From Cenococcum geophilum (Eukaryota), in contig CP158635.1 of assembly GCA_050273025.1 (NCBI GenBank), forward strand, positions 25,048,001-25,112,000: a stretch of 64,000 nucleotides of DNA, read 5' to 3'. The notes below the pieces were generated by a model that was given only the letters and a program-made list of their open reading frames with translations, was not told the DNA's origin and searched no databases. Of this stretch, positions 55,108 through 64,000 are shown one piece after another. Positions within the stretch are counted from its first letter, which is position 1. Each line of letters begins with the position of its first letter. A program made the translations under genes and the position numbers.

Positions 55108-55526
55108 CAGTGCTTTTATTAATATTTAATATTAGTATAAGACCGTATTAATATTAATATTAAATATTGAATATTTTGCCAAGCCTTTAATAAATATAAG
55201 GTACGAACCATATATATAATAGCCTTAGCCTAAATAAACACCTAGATATTACCTAAACGTCGCCTAAAACAGATACCTTGCGCCCCTTATAACCTTTATA
55301 CATATTATTATAGCGTATTATATATAATATAGTATATCTTTTTAGAATTTACTATAGTAGAAGCCTTATTAAGGTCCTTAAAGCTGTAAAACTAAGATAT
55401 ATATATATTTTCTTTTAATATTCAATATCTTTTAGTATTGAACATATTGTATTAATATTAATATTAAACGTTTAATATTCAATATTTAATATCACTAATT
55501 AATACTAAATATTGATAAAAGCACTA
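55108..55526. mobile_element. hAT-type MITE (419 bp)
   Basis: TIR CAGTGCTTTTATTAATATTTAATATT versus reverse complement TAGTGCTTTTATCAATATTTAGTATT; 8-bp TSD ACTCTAAG / ACTCCAAG (one RIP-type difference). Confidence 0.85.
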
Positions 55527-55715
55527 ACTCCAAGTAATGCCTTTGCAATTTTTGATGCCTATTATTAGCCTACATATGCCTTTTCCTACCAATATATTAC
55601 ATATTTGCTCCGCTATCTATATATTTAATATAATAGTCTCTAGCCGCTATTAGCTTATATTCCACTTGCAGGCTAATATAAGGGTAGTAAATCTATTTAT
55701 CTAGCTTAGTATAGC

Positions 55716-58700
55716 TTAAGTCCGCTTTAAGCCAAGTCTTTTTAGTATTTTATACCTTTAGGAGGTTTATAGTTTATAGCCTACACTAGGGTCGACAATA
55801 GTCTACGGTTAGCTGCGCGTTTACATAGACTCTTAATTAGTTATAGCGCTGGTCTTATTTCCTTCCATACCTAAAGCAGCAAGATTATCTCACAAAGTTT
55901 AACACAATAGGTAATAATCTCTAACTACTTTTTGGTACCCCGATAGAGCTTTTAAATATAGTAATTTAGCATCCTCTACTCGATCTTAACGGCTAGAAAG
56001 GGAAGCAAGGCCCTATATCGTGCTTAGAGCTAGTAAAAGGGTTTAAATATTTTCCGGCCTAAGTGCCTTCTTATATCCTTACAGTACACGCTAGTACATC
56101 TCCTTAGCCTTATTAAGCCTTCCTAGGTTCGCGTAAAGGTTACCTAAGTTATTGACCGTAGAGAGTGTTAATATATAGTCTAGGCCCTATACCTTCTCCT
56201 TTCCTTACAGTGCACGCTAGTATATCTTCTTAGCCTTATTAAGCCTTCTTAGGTTCTTATAGAGGTTGCCCAAGTTATTAACCGTATTAAGTATTAATAT
56301 ATAGTCTAGACCCCATACCTTCTCCTTTCCTTATAGTATACGCTAGTATATCTTCTTAGCCTTATTAAGCCTTCCTAGGTCCGCGTAGAGAAAGCCTAAG
56401 TTATTAACTATAGAGAGTATTAATATATAGTCTAGGCCCTATACCTTCTCCTTTCCTTACAGTATATGCTAGTATATCTTCTTAGCCTCGTCAAGCCTTC
56501 CTAGGTCCACATAGAGAAGGCCCAAGTTATTAACTATATTAAGTATTAATATATAGTCTGGACCCTATACCTTCTCATATCCTTACAGTACACGCTAGTA
56601 CGTCTTTTCAGCCTTATTAAGCCTTCTTAGGTTCTTATAGAGGCTGCCCAAGTTATTAACCGTGTTAAGTGTTAATATATAGTCTGGAGCCCATGCCTTC
56701 TCCTTTCCTTACAGTGCACGCTAATACGTCTTCTTAGCCTTATTAAGCCTTTCTAGGTTCTTATAGAGGCTGCCTAAGTTATTAACCATATTAAGTGTTA
56801 ATATATAGTCTAGACCCCATACCTTCTCCTTTCCTTACAGTATACGCTAGTATATCTTCTTAGCCTTATTAAGCCTTCCTAAGTCCGCGTAGAGGTTGCC
56901 TAAGTTATTAACCGTATTAAGTATTAATATATAGTCTGGACCCCATACCTTCTCATATCCTTATAGTGCACGCTAGTATATCTTCTTAGCCTTATTAAGC
57001 CTTTCTAGGTTCTTATAGAGGCTGCCTAAGTTATTAACCGTATTAAGTATTAATATATAGTCTGGGCCCTATACCTTCTCCTTTCCTTATAGTATATACT
57101 AGTATATCTTCTTAGCCTCGTTAAGCCTTCCTAGGTCCGCGTAGAGGTTACCTAAGTTATTAACTATAGAGAGTGTTAATATATAGTCTGGGCCCTATGC
57201 CTTCTTATATCCTTATAATACACGCTAGTATATCTTCTTAGCCTTATTAAGCCTTCCTAGGTCCGCGTAGAGGTTACCTAAGTTGTTAACTATATTAAGT
57301 ATTAATGTATAGTCTGGACCCCATGCCTTCTTATATCCTTACAGTATACGCTAGTATATCTTTTTAGCCTTATTAAGCCTTCTTAGGTCCGCGTAGAGAA
57401 GGCTTAAGTTATAAACTATATTAAACATCAATTTATTATCTAGATTAGTAAAACTATAGTTAATTAGCTCTAGCCATCTCTTAGCATACCAAAGAAGCCG
57501 CTGCTCTATAATCCAGTACTTAGCCCTTTCTCTATCTAGCATATATAAGCCTATACAGTTTAGTATAAGTCTAGCCATTTTATAATCCCATCTATTGTTT
57601 AGTATATACACCGTCCATAAGTATACACAGCTATATATACTATATCCTCTTAATTCTATACTATTAATCCCAGAAGCGATATCTACCTCAGCCAACGTAT
57701 AATCGCACAGCACTTGTATAGCTTTATTAAAGCTAAGTTAGTCTTATATTAGCTCTAATAACTACTCTAAACCTTGCCGATATTCCTATAAAAGCTTAAG
57801 CTAGATATCCTAGTTATTAAAGTAAGCCTATAGCTAAAGAAGCTTCGCTATAAGCAAGCTCTACTATTTAATGTAGACTAGTAAAAGTTCCTACGTAGAA
57901 TATAGTGCTCTATCTTTATATAACAGTATCTATAGAGACTTCTACTAGAGCTAAAGCCATAAATTATTATATAGCCAAAGATATTTAGTAAAACTAGTTA
58001 ATACCTAGTAAAGGTAGGCTCCAGCTATTATAAAAGTAAGAGAAAGACTATCTAACTTATAGGCCAACTCTTAAGCACCGGGATCTTAATGTAGGATTAG
58101 TAACTATAATAATAGAGGGAAGTATACCTACTACTACCTAACGTATCCCGTCCTAACGCGTGTAATAGAATCTCTAGTCTATATTTAGTATTTTAAAGCT
58201 TTTTTAGCGGGATAAGATAGCCTAATCTTAGCTAGGAAGACCTTATTATAATAATTATAGCTCCTTAATAAGCCTTAGGAAGAAAAAATCTAATATTAAA
58301 AGCTCTCCTATTATTATATCCTAGAAGCTTAAATATATCATAGTTATTATAAATAACCAGCCACTAATTATTTCCGGCATTACTTAGCTATCTCTTAACT
58401 ATATTCGTTGCTTTATCTAGATCGCTACTTTTAATAACCGTCTTTAAATAAACTAGTAACGAATAATCGCAAAAAATACGTCTCGCGGCCGCAATAAATC
58501 CCTACTTTAATATATCTATATCCTTACTATTTACCCAGAACACCGCTAAGTACTTATCTCTATATCGTTTTATATAAGCTAAGGTAAGTTATATCTTCCC
58601 TATCCTACTAAGGCTATACACTATAACTATCTTACAAGAGCTGTTATTTCTAAGTTTTTTATAGATTCTATTAAGTTCCTTATCTTAGCCTATAAAATAC

Positions 58701-59942
58701 TTAACTTCTAATACTTTTAGCACACTAAACTAAATAGTAAACGACTAAATAGGCTTATTAGAGCGAACTATAAACAATTATTATTATTACTACTATCTCT
58801 ACCTATAAATAACAGAACCTATTAATTTAATACTATATACCCGCGTTAACTTTACCTTCTATATCCCACCGCGAACTAACAGCGTTACCTATACTTATAG
58901 CTATTAGTTATATATAGCCTAATACTATCTTATATCTAGTGTCCAATTTTAACCTAAATTTAACTATATAAATATAATCCGCGTATATAACAATTAGCTT
59001 AGTATTAGATGCTCCTAGTACTATAACAAATACCTAGAAAACAATCTAGTCGTCTTAGTAGCTACTATATACTAATAATATTATAACTTACTATAATCGA
59101 GTAACCTAGGACTGTTAGAGTTTTGTACTCCTTAAAGGCAAACTTGGTAATAAAATCCCTACTAATTGGCCTATACTATCTAAGCTGCTATTAAAGCCAC
59201 TCTAAGTCTTACTTAAGATATTAGAGTAGCTAGTTATTAGCCGCTATAAACGTAGATATAATATTAACTATTAGTTTTCTAAGCGCTATACCGCTACTGC
59301 CTTAGTATAGTATACCTATAAACACAATTCCGTATATTAATAGCTTAATTAACCAATGCTCTTTAAGGGCGCCTTATTAAGCAATATCTGAATAAATAAG
59401 GGCCTATGTCTGTTAGCTAAATATAGGGACAAGTATAAAATAACCATCTTACACTCTTAATAATAATACTACCCAAACTATGCGTAATAAAGATAATCGG
59501 GCGCCTACTTGTTTACTTAAATCCCTTAGCCGTTACTATTATATATCTCATCTATTACGTACCTCTGTTAATAGTCTTTCTAAGTATAGGTTAGAAACTA
59601 GTGTTCTTATATAATTATAGAGGTACTAGCAGCTAACGCGAGAGCGACTATAAGTATTTATATCGTAGCCCTAGGTTATTATGCGAGCATTTGGGAGGTC
59701 TTAGGGGAGGAGGTCGTGGAGCTAGTTAACACTATTACCTACCGTCCACGTTTTATCGCGGTGCCCGTTAAGGCTATAGACGGTAATAATACTTAAATCA
59801 CGTTAGCTACTAAAAAGAGAAACGACATATTAGGGAAGCACACGTACTTAACAATTAGGTTAATGCCCTCTATTACTACCTATAAGCCTTAGGGAACTTT
59901 AGGGTTAGACTAGGCCGACGCTAAGGACGTTAAGGGTGTTAT
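55716..59942 (-). pseudogene. Fungal NLR-like gene: SesB/PGAP1-like alpha/beta hydrolase - NB-ARC - TPR, RIP-inactivated
   Basis: IITVYSLNGHRDKTWT..LLP*DLPNARIIT*GYD, RRPIIFITHSLGSIIIKS (GxSxG-like elbow), YGIVFIGI; P-loop VVIVYSLSRIGKI*LTLAY (~58600); 126-bp TPR array; introns with GTACGT/GTAAG donors. Confidence 0.92.
56060..57420 (-). repeat. 126-bp (42-aa) TPR tandem array, 11 units
   Basis: Anchor CCTTA(C/T) recurs at 56077, 56203, 56329, 56455, 56581, 56707, 56833, 56959, 57085, 57211, 57337; inferred pre-RIP unit ~ALQG(Y/K)EKAWGPDHTSTL(N/S)TVNNLGxLYxxLGRLDKAEKMYQR. Confidence 0.96.
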
Positions 59943-61103
59943 AGCAGTCTGTTTATTTAATTAAAACGGGTAAAGGAGCCGTTATATTGTATTAGGAAAG
60001 GACTAAGGTTTAGTATAGAGGAGGTCAAAAGAGGTCTAGTAGTACTATACATAATAGATACCTTAAAACTAAGAAGGATGGCGGCTGCTAGCGATAAGGC
60101 GCTATTGTCATTAGCCGTTATTTAGCCCGCTTAGCTAGAGACGGGTTTATCACTCTAGGTACCTTAGCAGGTGCGTTAACAAGTCATTTAGCGCTAAGAT
60201 ATTCTACATAGCGCGCTAAAGAGGGCGACCTGCTCTAGCTATACCCCTATAAGGTGGCGAATTCCGTAGGTGTTTATATAAAGTTTTAAATAATAAGGCT
60301 GTAAGGCTAAGGCTAGCGCGCTTACTAAGACTTTACACAGCTATAGGCGTAGCAGCTACTATAAGTAAATTACGCTATAATAATTAGGTGACTATTTACA
60401 CTAACTAGGATTAAAAATCGCTTCGGCTAGAGGTACTAACTAGGATAGCAACCCTATATAAATTTGCGCGCTATAGCAGATATAAGGCTAATAATGACTT
60501 TCTACTATCGTAATAAGGCTTTAAGGCTTAGATACGACCCTTATATATATATTATAAGTGGTAAGAGCTTAATAGTGGTGCTATAGTAAAGAGATGTTAG
60601 TACGCTATAAAAGAAGGCTCTCTGCGAATTAGGTAAGGAGGCGATGATATAAACGTAATTTATATAGCAGAAAGGGTCTTAAATATTGTAAAGTAGCTAT
60701 AGTATATAACATATATATAATTATAGTAAAGCATAACGTATACGCAGAGTTATAGTCGCTTAAAGTTAAAGTACCCCTTATATTTTCTAGTACGGTGGGT
60801 TTTCCGCGATATAGGGACGGACATTATATCTTATAATGCCAAACGGTAGGCTCGGTGTCTTTGCCAAAATATTATATAGGATTATAGTAGATATAACGAA
60901 GATAATGGAAATAACAATGCCTAATAACACTCTTAGGGAACTCTTTAAAGGACAAGGGCGAATATAATTTCACTAACAACTATAATAGAAAGGAACGATC
61001 TAGGGTTTCCATAGAAATATATAAAAGAAAATCTCAATTCTAGTAGGCAATTTGTACTAACGCTTTACACTTTTAATGGCCCAAAGGAGCATTAGCAGGA
61101 TCG

Positions 61104-62150
61104 CTAAGTATTTTTATTCTCCTTAACTACTTCTAAAACATCCGGACCTCCTCTCCTAACCGCATCATCAGGCTTCGTGCAGGTTATAACAATATACCTC
61201 CAAAATTTCCTCCCCCTATAGGCTTCCACACCTAAAACAGTATTGATAAACCACTTCTTAAGGCCAAAAAGCCGAATAAGTAGAAATGGAAGGTAGGCAA
61301 TGGTAAAGAATAAACGTAGCATCGGCTCGATATTGTGCGATAGGTCTTTCACTTCGACATTTTCAAAGCCTATATCCTCCAACATTCGCGGCAGGACTCC
61401 TTACTCGAATTCCTTATTTACTAGCATAGATGCAAAGGTATTGATCTTATCCTAGGTGTCTATAAGGTATTTAGATAGTTATACACAAGAATTAGCTTTA
61501 ATTCCTCCGTTATTAGTACCTCAACTACTATTCGCTGTTTTGTCCATAGTTGCAAGTTCCTTATTACTAAATTTAACATAATTATATTTATACAACGCAA
61601 CGGACCCCCCTAGTTTAAGCACTCGGTAAAACTGTTATAAGGCTTACTTAGGATTTGTTACGTGTATAAGAGCCTTTATAGTATAAACTATATCAATTAA
61701 ATCGTCCTGGAGCCCGTCTAGATAGTAATAGTCCATCTTTTAGGCAGACACTTGCTGTTCAAGGTTTTCTGCCTTAATGTTTCTATTCGCCTTAGCGAGG
61801 TGATAATTAACGACGTCAATCCCAAAAACACGTAATCCTTTCTTTGCCATATATATTGCAACGTGCCCTGCTCCGCATCCCGCGTCCAGCACTATAGCCC
61901 CAGCGCTAAGATTTAGAGAGTTGAATAGATGATCTTCCATAGCCCTAAGAGCCTTAGTAATTGGAAAAGGCCATTTGGTTTCTGCTAGATAATAGCTATA
62001 GTGGCGTGTTCCGCCGAGTATAAGTCTATAGCCTATTCGAGATTTAAGAGAATTAAAATAGCCTTGTAGAGAGGGGTTATCTTTAATAAGAGGTGCAACG
62101 TTATTAATATCCGCTATAATAATAGAATTAAGGTAGAAAGACGGCTTTCT
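61104..62150 (-). pseudogene. Class I SAM-dependent methyltransferase (sterol-MT-like), RIP-inactivated
   Basis: SRIGYRLILGGTRHYSYY...WPFPITKALRAMEDHL...VLDAGCGAGHVA...FGIDVV...FYRVLKLGG...LEDIGFENVEVKDLS; stops between the ORF pieces; start approximate. Confidence 0.88.
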
Positions 62151-63461
62151 AATATATGAGCTAGTGGTCCTTTTTTTTTTAATTAGCCCTTAAAAACTTA
62201 ATTAGGGGTTAGGAGGAGCTAAAAAAGACCCCTTTACTAATTTAGAAGACTCTAGAAACCGCGTAATTAATAAATAATAAACCTAAGCCTTATCCGTAGG
62301 GTTAGCAATAAATAAAAGCATTAGAAGGAAAGCTGGAACAAGTTAAGCCACAGGACGGGCACAGCTCTCTATAGGGGAAGCGTTGCTTATATAGGCTGCA
62401 GGGGGAGCTTTTAAAGGGTTACTCCACCAATTTAAGTCACGGACGGTAGCGAAAGGTATAAATAAATAGGCGGCGAGCTCAACAGGGGCTAGCATGGCAG
62501 TTAGTGGAGACGCTTACAGCATAGAAAGGTCTGTCACTTACGGGATCATCGCGTAGACTTCTCCAAAACACGATGTGTAATAAAAACCCCCTCCGTACCC
62601 TATTGGTCGTATAGATCTTTAACTAGCGTCGCGCCACAGAGAAAGCCTTCAGGTTAAGGGTTATAACCTCCCTATATAAGGCGTGGTTATAAAGAAACTT
62701 CATAATAATAAGCGAGACTGGATACGCGTACCGAATTTAAAATCTCGCAGCGATTACTACGTACAGTTAGTGGCGGGCCCGCGTACCGTAGCGAAATAAA
62801 TTTTTGTCAAAGGGGGGGAAGTTAGTCGTACAATGCACTGTAAGAAAATTTAGCTGCCCCGCCCTAAAAACTAGTACCCTATATAAAGTTATAAGGGGTA
62901 CATCGTTTTAATAGGGTAGGTATAACTGCGCTAGGGCGCGTCACCTACCAAATTCTGCCAACTTCTTCTCCTCCTTCTTCTCCTTAGCTTAGTATCTTTA
63001 TTAGATAGCAATCCACAAGCTTTAGTTTAGAGGTATTTATATAAGCCGTTACAAAGACTTAAAGGGCAATCTTATAAAATATAGAAGCGTTATAGCGCCC
63101 TCCTTTTATAAGCTTGGGCGTCCCTATAGGATTAGCAAGGCTGACAAGCGCGCGGTAATAGAATGGATAAAGAGGGAGGGCTAGAGGTAGTAGGACAAGA
63201 TCGTCCACTAGCCTACGATAGAGCGAGGGACTATTACTTCTCAACCGTTAGTCTCGCGTATATTAAAAAGGAATAACTAGACTTAAAAGGAGGCTTGTTA
63301 GCTATCGCTAGCCGCCAGCTAGTCTCTTTAGCAACACTATCTTAAGGGCGTTGGCCGATTTAACGCAGAGGATCTAGTATTTTGTCAACCATTAAGGTCA
63401 CTATTAGGTACTACCTTATAACTCACTACCCTGTTTCCTACCATCTTACCTACCTTTAACT

Positions 63462-63526
63462 TAGTCATCGACTTAGTCATTAACCCAGTCATTAACATAG
63501 TCACCGACTTGGTTACCAACTTAGTC
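63462..63526. repeat. Imperfect 12-bp tandem repeat (~5 copies)
   Basis: TAGTCATCGACT / TAGTCATTAACC / CAGTCATTAACA / TAGTCACCGACT / TGGTTACCAACT. Confidence 0.7.
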
Positions 63527-63629
63527 TACTGCCCTTTCCTTATGTATATAGAGTTCTTATAAGTGACCTATCCGTCTAACACGGCCCATTATTATAATAG
63601 AAAAAGTGGAGTATTTAAGTATCAGCATA

Positions 63630-63868
63630 TATCGACCTAAATTAAGGTTCCTTACCACTATTATACTATTATCTGTCAACCTAGATCGTCTATATAAACT
63701 TTATCTTAGTTGTCTCCCAACTTACAACTAAATATCTCATTACCTATTTCTATTACCTGACGGACAACTACGTCGTCCGTCTATTTTGCCACCTATTTAA
63801 TATATATAGAGAGCTTCTAGAGCCCTCTTTAATAAACAGAGTTCTTATTCTTAATTATCCGTTTAACA
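63630..63868. mobile_element. Solo LTR (239 bp), same family as 17892-18150, opposite orientation
   Basis: 5-bp TSD GCATA at 63625-29 and 63869-73; shares GAACTCTGTTTATTAAAGAGGGCTCTAGAAGCT with the 17.9 kb copy in reverse complement. Confidence 0.88.
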
Positions 63869-64000
63869 GCATACAATTACTAGGTAGGATATGCTTACCC
63901 ATAGCGGCGATAGGCGCTCCGCTGAGATCTCAGACTTACTTACCTTTAAGTTTAAGGGCGAAGGCCCTATTTACCACTCGCGCCGGCAAGCAAAACCAGC

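Larger units (their letters stand above)
52921..60820. mobile_element. Non-autonomous long-TIR DNA element carrying an NLR gene
   Basis: CCGTCCCTA..GGAAAACCCAC / GTGGGTTTTCC..TAGGGACGG termini; inverted homology 52921-~54632 (minus a nested insertion) versus ~60142-60820; 4-bp TSD ACAT at 52917-20 and 60821-24; no transposase seen inside. Confidence 0.88.

Noticed and set aside
17892..63868. Inverted ~250-bp repeats 46 kb apart as the TIRs of one giant element
   Set aside because: Each copy has TG..CA-type ends and its own 5-bp TSD (ACATA, GCATA), so they are independent solo LTRs.
1..64000. Starship captain (DUF3435 tyrosine recombinase)
   Set aside because: No recognisable motif or boundary was seen, so a Starship is only a hypothesis.

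Overview
Eukaryotic DNA, most likely a filamentous ascomycete: short GT-AG introns with CTAAC branch sites, fungal gene families, and pervasive RIP (CpA>TpA / TpG>TpA, giving many TAA/TAG stops). The window is a TE-rich accessory region. Mobile elements with ends and TSDs I could read: three full-length Copia LTR retrotransposons, a non-autonomous LTR element, two solo LTRs, a Tc1 DD34E transposon, an internally deleted hAT, and two MITEs. Between them lie RIP-destroyed copies of host-type genes (D-lactate dehydrogenase, BCS1 AAA ATPase, Ras2, Est1/PIN protein, SAM methyltransferase), two transcription-factor fragments and one apparently intact gene (28056-28553). The standout structure is a 7.9 kb element (52921-60820) bounded by ~0.7 kb terminal inverted repeats and a 4-bp ACAT duplication. 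It has no visible transposase, and its only recognisable cargo is a complete SesB-hydrolase/NB-ARC/TPR NLR-type gene, suggesting a pack-type DNA transposon that moved a fungal immune receptor. Protein assignments come from manual translation and motif recognition; no database search was run.
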